NCBI GenBank assembly: GCA_013823245.1
Contig: PNLU01000003.1
Span: forward strand, 4,427-68,426
DNA length: 64,000 nucleotides
Reading direction: 5' to 3'
Source: Alcanivorax sp.
Lineage (GTDB): Bacteria; Pseudomonadota; Gammaproteobacteria; Pseudomonadales; Alcanivoracaceae
Every line of letters begins with the position of its first letter. Position 1 is the stretch's first letter. Below are positions 42,685 through 52,381 of this stretch, one piece after another. The notes beneath the pieces are model-generated. The model made no database searches, was not told where the DNA came from, and saw nothing but the letters and a program-made list of their open reading frames with translations. The translations under genes and the position numbers were made by a program.

Positions 42685-43668
42685 ATGCCCCACCCTGCCC
42701 GCCTTTCCATTCTCGACCTGGTCCGCGTCACCGAAGACGGCAGCGTGCGCCAGGCGCTGGACAATGCCCGGGATCTGGCGGCTCATGCGGAGCAATGGGG
42801 CTACCAGCGTTTCTGGGTGGCCGAGCATCACAATATGGAGAGTATCGCCAGCGCGGCGACGTCGCTGGTGATCAGTCATGTGGCGGCGGGTACGCGGCAT
42901 ATTCGTGTCGGTGCGGGCGGCATCATGTTGCCCAACCATTCGCCGCTAGTGATCGCGGAGCAATTCGGCACCCTGGCGCATCTGTATCCGGGCCGTATTG
43001 ATCTTGGTCTGGGGCGGGCGCCGGGGACGGACCAGAACACGCTGCATGCGTTGCGGCGCACGCCGGCGGCATCGGATCGTTTTCCGGAGGACGTGCGCGC
43101 CTTGCAGGCGTTGCTGGCGCCCGCCCAGCCGGGGCAGGCTATTCAGGCGATCCCGGGGGTGGGCACGCAGGTGCCGCTGTGGATTCTCGGCTCCAGCACC
43201 TTTGGTGCGGCGTTGGCGGCGGAGTTCGGTTTGCCCTATGCCTTCGCGTCGCATTTTGCGCCGCAGCAGCTGATGGAGGCGCTGGCGCTGTATCGCCAGC
43301 GCTTCAAGCCTTCCGCGCAGTTGTCCGAGCCTTACGCCATGGTCGGCGTGAATGTGGTGGCGGCCGATTCGGAGCGGGAGGCGAAGCGTCTGGCCACGAC
43401 GCAGCAAATGTCGTTTGCCAATCTGTTACGCGGTGACCGACGCCTGAGCCAGCCGCCGATTGATGACATTGATACCTACTGGTCGCCGCGCGAGAAGATG
43501 CAGGCCAGCCAGATGCTGGCGCGTTCGATCATCGGCACACCGGAAATAGTGCATGCGGGGCTGGAGGCATTGCAGGCGGAAACCGGGGCCGATGAACTGA
43601 TCATCGTCTCGGACATTTATGATCATGCGTCGCGCTTGCGCTCTTTCGAGTTGATCGCCTCACGCTGA
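42685..43668 (+). CDS. LLM-class flavin-dependent oxidoreductase (luciferase-like)
   Basis: [39 protein letters not shown] and PYAFASHF motifs; GGAG RBS. Confidence 0.92.
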   Translation: MPHPARLSILDLVRVTEDGSVRQALDNARDLAAHAEQWGYQRFWVAEHHNMESIASAATSLVISHVAAGTRHIRVGAGGIMLPNHSPLVIAEQFGTLAHLYPGRIDLGLGRAPGTDQNTLHALRRTPAASDRFPEDVRALQALLAPAQPGQAIQAIPGVGTQVPLWILGSSTFGAALAAEFGLPYAFASHFAPQQLMEALALYRQRFKPSAQLSEPYAMVGVNVVAADSEREAKRLATTQQMSFANLLRGDRRLSQPPIDDIDTYWSPREKMQASQMLARSIIGTPEIVHAGLEALQAETGADELIIVSDIYDHASRLRSFELIASR

Positions 43669-45068
43669 AGGCGGCCGCTGCGCTTCATGTCGCCCCACTT
43701 GGCCTGTTTGCCGCGCAGCCACTGCAGGGTGCCGCGCACGCGCCACCAGGTGTTGAGCTGCCGGTAACCCAGATTCTCGGCCAGGGCGGCGCCGAACAGG
43801 CGCAGGATGGAGCGCTTGCCGGGGTAGATGCGGAACGACAGCTCTTCCAGCAACAACGCAAACACCGACATGAGAATACCAAGGCCAATAGCCACCAGCA
43901 GAAAGGCGATAATCCATGCCGGGCTGAGGGCACCGGTAAGCGCCATGGTGATCACGAACAGATAACCGCCCAGTTCCAGCAGCGGCCCGATGGCCTCGAA
44001 GATCAGCATGAACGGAAAGGCAAGCCAGCCCACCGTGCCGCCACGGGGATGGCAGCACAGTTTGCTGTTGGCGGACAGGCTTTCCAGCAGGCCCCGCTGC
44101 CAGCGGATACGCTGCGAGCGCAGGGTGGCCAGGTCCTCCGGCGCCTCGGTCCAGCACACCGGGTCCGGCAGAAAATGGATGCGGTAACGGCGCCGGTTCA
44201 GGCGCATGTGCCGATGCAAACGCACCACTAGTTCCATGTCTTCGCCGATGGACTTGTGGCGGTAGCCGCCGACTTCCACCACCACGCTTTTACGAAACAC
44301 GCCGAAGGCGCCGCTGATGATCAGCAGGGCATTCAGGGGTTCCCAGCCCAGGCGACCGAACATGAAGGCGCGCAGGTATTCGATAATCTGCATCAGCGGC
44401 AACCAGCGCTTCGGCAGGCGTGCCTGAAGCAGGTTACCAGCATCCACGTCGCTGCCGTTGGCAATACGCACCGTGCCGCCGGCGGCGATGGTGTCGGGGT
44501 CGTCCACGAACATGCGGATAATGCGCAGCAGGCTGTCGCGCTGGATGATGGAGTCGGCATCCACGCCGCAGAACAGCGGGTAGCGGCTGTAGTTGATGCC
44601 GGCATTCAGGGCATCAGCCTTGCCGCCGTTTTCCTTGTCGATGACTCGCAGTAACGGCTGACTGCGTGAGCGATACACACCGCGCACGCGGGCGGTGGGC
44701 AAACGCTCGTCGGCGGTTTCCGGCACCTGATACAGATCAAACGCCTGCTGCAATACGGCCAGGGTGTTGTCGCGCGAGCCGTCGTTGATCACCACTACTT
44801 CGTGTTCGGGATACGCCAGTTGCAGCATGGCCTGCACCGAGGAAGTAATGTTCGCTTCTTCGTTGTACGCAGGCACCAGCACGGAAATCGGTGGCAGGAA
44901 GGCATGGTAGGGGCGCGGCAGGTACTCCGCGCGGGCGGCACGGGTGTGCTTGCCGATGGCGAGCAGGGCCATCAGATTGAGCATCAGGTAGCCCAGCGCC
45001 AGGGCGATGAAATAGCACAGGAAGAACCACTGCGCCCAGATGATCAGGTCGTCAATCCACGGCATCAA
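43623..45068 (-). CDS. Processive GT2 glycosyltransferase (PgaC/IcaA/NodC/chitin-synthase-like)
   Basis: N-terminal [31 protein letters not shown](E), QRIRW and two C-terminal TM helices. Confidence 0.92.
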   Translation of the reverse strand: MMPWIDDLIIWAQWFFLCYFIALALGYLMLNLMALLAIGKHTRAARAEYLPRPYHAFLPPISVLVPAYNEEANITSSVQAMLQLAYPEHEVVVINDGSRDNTLAVLQQAFDLYQVPETADERLPTARVRGVYRSRSQPLLRVIDKENGGKADALNAGINYSRYPLFCGVDADSIIQRDSLLRIIRMFVDDPDTIAAGGTVRIANGSDVDAGNLLQARLPKRWLPLMQIIEYLRAFMFGRLGWEPLNALLIISGAFGVFRKSVVVEVGGYRHKSIGEDMELVVRLHRHMRLNRRRYRIHFLPDPVCWTEAPEDLATLRSQRIRWQRGLLESLSANSKLCCHPRGGTVGWLAFPFMLIFEAIGPLLELGGYLFVITMALTGALSPAWIIAFLLVAIGLGILMSVFALLLEELSFRIYPGKRSILRLFGAALAENLGYRQLNTWWRVRGTLQWLRGKQAKWGDMKRSGRLQREAINSKERKRDA

Positions 45069-46147
45069 TCGGGCTCCGACAGAACATGGGCCAGAATCTC
45101 GCGCACCTGGGGTTGATCATGGGCCGTGGCCAGGGTTTCCAGGTCCCGGCGCTCGGCCCCGGGCAGCGCCAGTAATGCCTGGGCGGCGCGATAACGCACC
45201 CACCAGACCGGATCACTGAGCCGTGCCGCCAGCAGGGTGCGATCGCGGGCATCGCCCAGCCGGCCCAGTGATTGCACGGCCTGAACCCGCACGATCCATT
45301 CCGGGTCCGCCACCGCCGCGCGCAGGGTGCCCAGCCATTGCGGGCCGTCGGCACAGGCACATACCGCGCTACGCAGTTCGGTATCTTCAGGAAAGCGTTC
45401 GTTGGCCTGGCGCAGCAGGTCGTCCACCTGGCCCGGTTGCAGGCTGTCGGCGATGCGGATCAGTTTGCGCAGCGCTGCGGCGTCCAGGGGCTGCGCCAGT
45501 GCTTTCAACTGCCGCGCCAGCTCGGGCGCCGGCACTTCCTTGAGCAGGGCACTGACCCGGCTTTCCGACCAGTCGGGCCGATTCAGGCGACTGAAAATTT
45601 CCGGCAAACCGCGCTGGGCATCAATCGCCACCAGTGCCCGGGCGGCTGTCAGGCTGGTGACGCTGTCGCGGTGATCGAGATACGTCAGCACATCGGGCCA
45701 GGCATCATGAATGCGCAGGTTGCCCAGGCAGGTCAGGGCATCCAGGCGGCGATCCGCGCTGCCGCGCCGCAGCCAGCGGCGCAGGTGCGGGACCAGATTG
45801 AGCTGGCGGGCGAGATCGTGCAGTGGGTCGAGGGACACGCCACGCACGGTGTCTTGCAGGGCGTTGCATAGCCCCACCAGCAATGGCAAGTCACGTCGTG
45901 CCACGGATGGCAGCGACGGCGGGCGCTGCCCGGGAGTCGCCGTCAACAGGCCAAACAGGCGCGGTGTCCAGTCACGGCGCAGGGCGGCAGCCCGCTCATC
46001 CAGGCGCACGTGCCGCCAGTGCAGCCAGACGGTCCCCAGCAACATCAGCACCGTGCCGCCCAGCAAACCTGCTGCGGCCAGCAGCACAGCCAGCAAGGCC
46101 GGGTCAGAACCGATAGCGAAGCCCCAGCCGCCATCCGGTGCGTTCAT
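45065..46147 (-). CDS. Membrane-anchored HEAT/ARM-repeat protein
   Basis: One N-terminal TM helix, then helical repeats (RRLDALTCLGNL, VRVQAVQSLGRLG, LSDPVWWVRYRAAQALL); GGGAG RBS inside the upstream gene. Confidence 0.8.
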   Translation of the reverse strand: MNAPDGGWGFAIGSDPALLAVLLAAAGLLGGTVLMLLGTVWLHWRHVRLDERAAALRRDWTPRLFGLLTATPGQRPPSLPSVARRDLPLLVGLCNALQDTVRGVSLDPLHDLARQLNLVPHLRRWLRRGSADRRLDALTCLGNLRIHDAWPDVLTYLDHRDSVTSLTAARALVAIDAQRGLPEIFSRLNRPDWSESRVSALLKEVPAPELARQLKALAQPLDAAALRKLIRIADSLQPGQVDDLLRQANERFPEDTELRSAVCACADGPQWLGTLRAAVADPEWIVRVQAVQSLGRLGDARDRTLLAARLSDPVWWVRYRAAQALLALPGAERRDLETLATAHDQPQVREILAHVLSEPD

Positions 46148-47327
46148 ACAGATCTCCCTGCTCTGTCCAGCCCAGGCGCCAGGTCACACTCCAGTCCGGG
46201 TCGAGAAAATGCTCGCCAAAGACAGAAATGCCGACCACATCCGTGACCAGTACCCCTTGGGGCAACGACTCGATGTCCTTGCCGTAGCCCAGACCCGCCC
46301 CGACATGACTGGTGTCACGGTAGTAGCGACGCGCGTCCAGCACATGCGCCGGGGCGGAGCCGCCGCCGTCCAGGCGGGTAAAAAAGAAGGTGTAGGCATA
46401 ACGCCACTGGCCCCGGTAATGCTCCGCCAGCAGACTGGCCGTGGTGCTGTCGCTGCTTTCGTAATGCGTGCGTCGCACGCCCGGTTGCAGCCCCCAGCGC
46501 GCACGCGGCATCCAGTAGAAACCGGCATAGGCAGACCATTCCGGCCGGATGCGCGCGGTGTCGCTGTAGGTGGCGTCCAGTTGCAACTGTCGTTGCCGCC
46601 CCATGGGCAGGTACACGCCGACGTTGCCTTCCAGGTCATCCTGGTCGAAGCGGCGCGTGTGCCGCGCGCGGGTGTACCAGAGACGATCACGACTGTCCTG
46701 CCATTGCAGGCCGATGTCGGCGCCGCGCCAATCGTCACGGTCGCCACTCAGGTAGTCTTCCTCGTAACCGATGTCGAGTATGCGGCGGCGGCGCCAGGTG
46801 AAGGGCGGCAACGCTTCCTCGGGCCAGGCGTCCGCCACTTCCGGTACCTGGGCGCGGGCCTCGCGGTGGCGCTGCGCGTAGGCCGCCACGTGGCCGGGAT
46901 CACGGGTCTCCCGCGCCCGGGCTTGCAGGACCTGTAATTCAAACGCCCAGACACTGGCGTAATCCGGCGCCTGGGCACGGGCCACCGCCAGCTCCTCCAG
47001 CGCGGCCTCGTTGTCGCCTTGCCAGGCGTACTGCTGGGCCGAGGCAAAGCGGACATCCACATCATCGGGATAATCGGCGATCAGGGCATCAAAACGGGAG
47101 CGCGACCGGGCGTGGTCATTGAGCAGGGCGTCAATGCGGGCCTGCCACAGGCGCGCCGCCGGGTCTGCCGGGCGGGCGCGCAGCACCGCTTCCACCTGGG
47201 CGCGGGCACGATGCAGATCGTGGTTGCCCACGGTTTCACGGACCTGTGCCTGCCAGGCGTCTTCCGCCCAGGCCGGCGCGTGGCTCAGCAGCAGCCCGAC
47301 CATCATCGCCATCAGATACCGCTTCAT
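46104..47327 (-). CDS. TPR + YaiO-family outer-membrane beta-barrel (PgaA/NfrA-like export pore)
   Basis: Signal peptide ending APAWA, TPR-like helices, alternating beta-strand pattern, C-terminal beta-signal RLGLRYRF. Confidence 0.8.
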   Translation of the reverse strand: MKRYLMAMMVGLLLSHAPAWAEDAWQAQVRETVGNHDLHRARAQVEAVLRARPADPAARLWQARIDALLNDHARSRSRFDALIADYPDDVDVRFASAQQYAWQGDNEAALEELAVARAQAPDYASVWAFELQVLQARARETRDPGHVAAYAQRHREARAQVPEVADAWPEEALPPFTWRRRRILDIGYEEDYLSGDRDDWRGADIGLQWQDSRDRLWYTRARHTRRFDQDDLEGNVGVYLPMGRQRQLQLDATYSDTARIRPEWSAYAGFYWMPRARWGLQPGVRRTHYESSDSTTASLLAEHYRGQWRYAYTFFFTRLDGGGSAPAHVLDARRYYRDTSHVGAGLGYGKDIESLPQGVLVTDVVGISVFGEHFLDPDWSVTWRLGWTEQGDLYERTGWRLGLRYRF

Positions 47328-47725
47328 GCGCCGCGCCTCCCCGGCTGGTCGCTACGGCGCACCAGCCGCCTGAGGCGCGCAGTCAGCTCGCCAGGCTGGA
47401 ACGGTTTGACCAGATAATCATCAGCACCCAGATCCAGTGCCCGGACCACATCCTGCTCCTGGGCGCGGGCGGTCAGCATCAGAATCGGGATATCCCCGTG
47501 CTGTTCGCTGGCGCGCAACTCGCGCACCAGGGAGTAGCCGTCCACATAGGGCAACATGACATCGAGCACCGCACAGACAAACGATTGCCCGGCATTGATC
47601 TGCTCGTGGGCCGCCCGGCCATCCCGGACCCAGCGCACCGCAAAGCCTTCGCGACCGAGCAGATACTCCAGCAATTCGCCCACCAGCGGATCATCCTCCA
47701 CCAGCAATATCAGCGGTTCCGCCAC
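47324..47725 (-). CDS. Stand-alone receiver-domain response regulator
   Basis: LLVEDD, VLDVMLP, MLTA and KPF; no output domain (133 aa). Confidence 0.9.
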   Translation of the reverse strand: MAEPLILLVEDDPLVGELLEYLLGREGFAVRWVRDGRAAHEQINAGQSFVCAVLDVMLPYVDGYSLVRELRASEQHGDIPILMLTARAQEQDVVRALDLGADDYLVKPFQPGELTARLRRLVRRSDQPGRRGA

Positions 47726-47727
47726 GA

Positions 47728-48120
47728 CTAGTCCCCCAACTGATGCGCATCCCAGATAATGCGCACACGCTGGGCCAGCTGCATCGGATCAAACGGCTTG
47801 GCGATCACCTCCAGTGCCCCCAGGGCCAGCAACTGGCTGACCTCTTCCGGCTGCACCTTGGCGGTCATGAACACGGCGGGCACGCTCGCCAGAGCAGGTC
47901 GCTCGTGCAGGGCGGCCAGTGTCGTGGGTCCGTCCATGCCCGGCATCATCACGTCCAGAATCATCAACTGGGGCGCAAAGGCTTCCGCCTTGCGCAGCGC
48001 GTCTTCGCCGCTGTGGCAACTGCACAACTCAAAGCCGCCCACGGTTTCCAGAGCCAGTTCTGCCACGGCGCGTATATCCGGTTCATCTTCCACATACAGA
48101 ATGCGTTTGAGTTCAGCCAT
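47728..48120 (-). CDS. Stand-alone receiver-domain response regulator (CheY-like)
   Basis: ILYVEDE, ILDVMMPGMDG, FMTAK and KPFDP; ATG at 48120 overlaps the kinase stop. Confidence 0.9.
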   Translation of the reverse strand: MAELKRILYVEDEPDIRAVAELALETVGGFELCSCHSGEDALRKAEAFAPQLMILDVMMPGMDGPTTLAALHERPALASVPAVFMTAKVQPEEVSQLLALGALEVIAKPFDPMQLAQRVRIIWDAHQLGD

Positions 48121-50992
48121 GGTCGTCTCCGTTGCTCTGCCCACGAGCATGGTGTATCGCGCGGCGCAAGGTTTCCAGTAGAGAAGCGTTAGTCGCTCGG
48201 GATTTGACCAGCGCAGCCACCACGTCGGCCCGCGCTGCCTCATTTTCCTCGATCTCGGCATCCGAGGCCGACAGGATCACCACGGCGGGAGCGGGTGACA
48301 TGCGATTCAGCAGCGGCAGCAGACTGCTGCCTCGCCCGTCCGGCAGCCCCAGGTCCAGCACCACCACATCGTAATCGTGCTGGGCCAGGCAGCGATGCGC
48401 CTCTGCCAGCGTCGGCGCGACGTGAAAATCCGCCAGTTCACGCCCCACCAGCGACAGCACCTGCGCCAGATCCATGTCGTCTTCCACATGCAACACGCGC
48501 GGCCGGTGCCCGTCGCCGGGTTCGGGCAGGCCCAGCCGCAGGGCATCGCGCAAGCGCTGGCGGTCCACCGGCTTGGGCAGCCAGTCCAGCGCCTCCAGGT
48601 CCGCCGACAGTTGCAGTCGCCCGTCGTCCACCGACGCCGCCACCATAATCACCGGCAGCTGCGCCAGCCGCTCGTCACTGCGCAAGGTGCGCATGAAATC
48701 AATCACGCCATCCATATTCACATCCAGCGTGACGGCGGCAAACTCTTCTTCCAGCATCTCCAGCGCCGTCTGCGTATCCGCCGCGCGCTCGGCCTCGTAG
48801 CCTGCATCGTGCAGCAATGCCGCCAGCCGCATGGCCACATCGGCGCGGGCCTCCACCATCAGCAACCGCTCGGAGGTCGACGCCGCCTCTTCCTGTATAA
48901 CAGCCCGTGGCAGGTCGACATAGAAGCAGGCCCCCTGTCCCTCGACCGGCTCCGCCAGCGCCACCTGCCCCCCCATGTGCTCCACCAGCTCCCGCGTGAT
49001 CGCCAGCCCCAGCCCGGTTCCCCCTCGAGGCCGGGTGTCCGAGCTGTCGGCCTGAGTGAAGCGGTTGAACAACTGCTGCCGGAAGGCCTCCGGCACACCG
49101 GGCCCCTGGTCCTTCACGGTAATGCGCACGCCACGTTTGCCCTGGGCCTGCACGCCGACTTCCACTTCACCGCCGGAGGGCGAAAACTTGATGGCATTGG
49201 AGAGCAGGTTGGCCATCACCTGCAGGAAACGATCACCATCCACGCGCACCACGGCCCCCGGCAGGTCGTCGCGCAGTATCAGTTGCGCCTGAAACTGCTG
49301 GGCATAGCCGCGATTGCTTTCAATGGCCTGATGCAGCAGCGGCTGCAGCTCATGATGCTGCATATCAAAGCGCATGCTGCCCGCCGCGATCTTTTCCATA
49401 TCCAGCAAATCGTTGATCAGCAGCGTCAGGCGATCACTGTTCTTGACCGCGATGTCCAGTAACTGCCGGACCGCATCCGGCAGCGAACCGAAGGCGCCAC
49501 CGGTCAGCAAACCCAGCGCGCCCTTGATCGATGTCAGCGGCGTTCGCAGTTCATGGCTGACGGTCGAGACAAACTCTTTCTTGAGCCGTTCGGCCCGCTG
49601 CCGCTCGCTGATATCCTGCACCAGCATCCACACCATTGCTTCACCGTGGCGATCCAGTGTCAGGGAGCCGTTGACCTGCACCGGCAGCCGCGTCCCGTCG
49701 GCACACACCAGCACTTTTTCGTAAGGGCCGTACACGCCGCAGGTATTCAACGTTTCGTAATAGGCGGCTTCTTCGTCCGCGTATTCCGGCGGCGTCAGAT
49801 CCCAGAAGTTCATCGACAGCAACTGTTCCTGGTCGTAGCCGGTCAGTTTCAGAATGGCGTCATTCACTTCCACAAAGCGCCCGTCTGACATGCGATTGAG
49901 CATGATGCCGATAGGGGCGTATTCATACAGTGAGCGAAACTTTTCCTCGCTTTCCCGCAACAGCTCGCGCGACAGGTACAGCTCGGTAATATCAAGGTGG
50001 GTGCCGCTGGCACGCAGGGCCTTGCCGTCGGCATCGCGGGCCATCACGCGCCCACGATCCAGCACCCAGACCCAGTGGCCATCGCGATGACGCATCCGGT
50101 ATTCCGCCTGGTAGCTGTCCGCCTGGCCGGTGAGGTGCCGGACCAGGGCCTCGCGCACCCGGCGGCGATCCTGCGGATGCACCAGCTGGGCGGCGTCACT
50201 CATCGTGTGCACCACCTCTTCAGGTTTATAGCCCAGCATGGCCGCCCAGCGATCGTTGAACACCACCTGATCACCCTTGAGCTGCCATTCCCAGAGGCCC
50301 AGATTGGCACCGGCCATGGCCAGATTGGCGCGCTGCTGTTCACGCTCCAGCCGAGTTTCCAGTTCGACCCGTTCGGTGACATCGGCGAGGCTGCCCACCC
50401 GTTCGCGTGGTATCCCTTCGCCATCACGGATCAAGCGGCAGCGGTCCTCGATCCAGCGCCAACTGCCATCAGCGTGCAGGAAACGATAGCTGCTGACATG
50501 CTGGTCCTGCTCCCACTCGGTCCATTCGAGCGTACCCACACGCGTTTGGTCCTCCGGGTGTATCCGGCGGCTCCACCAGCGCACCTCAAGCACATCGGGG
50601 GTCACGGCGTAACCCAGCATGGTGGTGAAGTTGGGGCTGATATAGGTGAGTTCACGGTTGCCGAGGCGAGCGCTGTAAATCACGGCCGGGGCGGTGTGCA
50701 TCAGGCTGTCCAGTCGCTGGCGCTGGTCGGCCAGCAGGTCGCGTTCGGCGCGCAACCGGGCGTTGGCCGTGCGGATACGCCGGTCCATGAGCCGGCGGGC
50801 CTGACGGAACGCCCAGACCACTGCCAGACACACGATCAGTACGATCACCGCACTGATATACAGCGCGACCAGATCGCCTGTCGGCGCCAGTTCCTCGTGC
50901 ACGGCGTTCGCCGGCATACTGAGCATGCCCTGAAGCGCAACGGCTGCCGCGGCATGACAGGGCAACCGCCAAAGGATTGTTTTCAACACCAT
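48113..50992 (-). CDS. Membrane hybrid histidine kinase: 3 PAS/PAC, HisKA, HATPase and 2 REC domains
   Basis: PAC motifs (DGSWRW, RDGHWVW), H-box SHELRTPLTSI, N box NLLSNAIKF, G boxes DQGPG and GTGLGL, two receiver folds. Start could be ATG 50992 or GTG 51007. Confidence 0.92.
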   Translation of the reverse strand: MVLKTILWRLPCHAAAAVALQGMLSMPANAVHEELAPTGDLVALYISAVIVLIVCLAVVWAFRQARRLMDRRIRTANARLRAERDLLADQRQRLDSLMHTAPAVIYSARLGNRELTYISPNFTTMLGYAVTPDVLEVRWWSRRIHPEDQTRVGTLEWTEWEQDQHVSSYRFLHADGSWRWIEDRCRLIRDGEGIPRERVGSLADVTERVELETRLEREQQRANLAMAGANLGLWEWQLKGDQVVFNDRWAAMLGYKPEEVVHTMSDAAQLVHPQDRRRVREALVRHLTGQADSYQAEYRMRHRDGHWVWVLDRGRVMARDADGKALRASGTHLDITELYLSRELLRESEEKFRSLYEYAPIGIMLNRMSDGRFVEVNDAILKLTGYDQEQLLSMNFWDLTPPEYADEEAAYYETLNTCGVYGPYEKVLVCADGTRLPVQVNGSLTLDRHGEAMVWMLVQDISERQRAERLKKEFVSTVSHELRTPLTSIKGALGLLTGGAFGSLPDAVRQLLDIAVKNSDRLTLLINDLLDMEKIAAGSMRFDMQHHELQPLLHQAIESNRGYAQQFQAQLILRDDLPGAVVRVDGDRFLQVMANLLSNAIKFSPSGGEVEVGVQAQGKRGVRITVKDQGPGVPEAFRQQLFNRFTQADSSDTRPRGGTGLGLAITRELVEHMGGQVALAEPVEGQGACFYVDLPRAVIQEEAASTSERLLMVEARADVAMRLAALLHDAGYEAERAADTQTALEMLEEEFAAVTLDVNMDGVIDFMRTLRSDERLAQLPVIMVAASVDDGRLQLSADLEALDWLPKPVDRQRLRDALRLGLPEPGDGHRPRVLHVEDDMDLAQVLSLVGRELADFHVAPTLAEAHRCLAQHDYDVVVLDLGLPDGRGSSLLPLLNRMSPAPAVVILSASDAEIEENEAARADVVAALVKSRATNASLLETLRRAIHHARGQSNGDDHG

Positions 50993-51078
50993 GCTGTCCC
51001 TGCGCACCTGCTGATCCCCCGGTCACGAGGGTCTGCCCCAAAGCCTACGCCATCGCACCAGCAAGTTGCACCCCGGGT

Positions 51079-51816
51079 TCAGGTGAAGGCGAACCAGAGG
51101 GTCATGCATAACCCTGTCAACAGGACCACCGCGCGCAAGACAGCAACAGGCAAGCGTCGCCCCCATGCCGCACCGGCATAACCGCCCAGAGTGCCCGCCA
51201 GCATCATCGGCACACCCAGCCGCCATTCCAGTGCGCCACCGGCACCGTAGATCAGCACTGCGATCAGCGTCAGCACGGCAGAGCAGAGGTTTTTCAGCGC
51301 ATTGGCCTGGTGCAGGTTGCCAGAACCCGCCAGCACAAACAGCGCCAGCAACAGAATGCCCAGCCCGCCGTTGAAGTAACCGCCGTAGACCGACACCAGC
51401 AGCAGGCCCAGCGCCACCGCTGCCCACGGCAAGTTACGGGTGATCCCGAGCAGGCGCGGCGCCAGTGCAAACAGCAGGGTCGCCAGACCGAGCAGCCAGG
51501 GCACCAGCGTGCGGAACAGGGCATCGCTGGTCAGCAGCAACAGGGCCGCCCCCAGCGCGCCGCCGATCAGGGTGAGTGTGATAATGCGCGGCAGCGACCA
51601 GTGCGCCCGCGCCTGGTGCAGTTCACGCCGATAGCCCGCGCAACTGGCCAGATAGCCCGGCAGCAGCGACAACGTACCGGTGGCGTTGGCCGCCACCGGC
51701 GGCACGCCGGCCCAGAGCAGAGCAGGCAGGGTGAGGAAGCTGCCCCCGCCTGCCACCGCATTCAGGGCCCCGCCAAGAAACGCGGCGGGCAGGACGAGCC
51801 ACCAGGTCAGATCCAT
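51079..51816 (-). CDS. TSUP family (TauE/SafE) membrane transporter
   Basis: NAVAGGGSFL.LP, YGGYFNGGLG and NALKN motifs; about 8 TM helices. Confidence 0.88.
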   Translation of the reverse strand: MDLTWWLVLPAAFLGGALNAVAGGGSFLTLPALLWAGVPPVAANATGTLSLLPGYLASCAGYRRELHQARAHWSLPRIITLTLIGGALGAALLLLTSDALFRTLVPWLLGLATLLFALAPRLLGITRNLPWAAVALGLLLVSVYGGYFNGGLGILLLALFVLAGSGNLHQANALKNLCSAVLTLIAVLIYGAGGALEWRLGVPMMLAGTLGGYAGAAWGRRLPVAVLRAVVLLTGLCMTLWFAFT

Positions 51817-51828
51817 CGGCGCTGCCGA

Positions 51829-52365
51829 TCAGTTACCGTCTTCCGGCTCGTAGGGCACCACCTTGTCGGCAGTGATGGTATACCCCGTCAGGGCGAGGTC
51901 GGTCTCGCTGGTTTCCACCGACATGGTGCCAGTCACCCACACCGTGAAGAAGGCATGGCGGATACGCGCCGTCTTGCCCTCGGCCATGTTCACCAGCACC
52001 GTCTGGTTGCGCGGCGGCGGTGGCACATGGATGCAGGCGCCGAAGTACGGCACCAGCAGGAAGCTGGTCACCGAGCGGCTGTCGCCTTCCAGCGGAATGG
52101 CGTAACCCGGCAGGCGCACACGCTTGCCGTCCAGGGACTCGACCACTGGCGCTTCATCCCAGAGCTGTTCGATCTTGGCGAAAAACTCGATGGCTTCCGG
52201 GTCGTCGTCCTGCAATTCGTCAATGTTGATGCCCTCGAACAGCTCCGGCGGCGGCCAGCCCTCGGGGATCATGTCGTCCCATTCCAGTGTGATCTCGGCG
52301 GCGGACGGCAGCGCGAGCGACAGCAGCGCGGCAGCGGCCAGCGATCGGAACAGCGAGCGAATCAT
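51829..52365 (-). CDS. DUF3299 family periplasmic protein
   Basis: Signal peptide, LEWDDMIP, LDGKRVRLPGY and FLLVPYFGACIHVPPPPRNQ. Confidence 0.85.
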   Translation of the reverse strand: MIRSLFRSLAAAALLSLALPSAAEITLEWDDMIPEGWPPPELFEGINIDELQDDDPEAIEFFAKIEQLWDEAPVVESLDGKRVRLPGYAIPLEGDSRSVTSFLLVPYFGACIHVPPPPRNQTVLVNMAEGKTARIRHAFFTVWVTGTMSVETSETDLALTGYTITADKVVPYEPEDGN

Positions 52366-52381
52366 AGGCAGGAAACCTCGG

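Noticed and set aside
49553-50700. LOV (blue-light) sensing by the kinase PAS domains
   Set aside because: No NCRFLQ motif in any of the three PAS domains.
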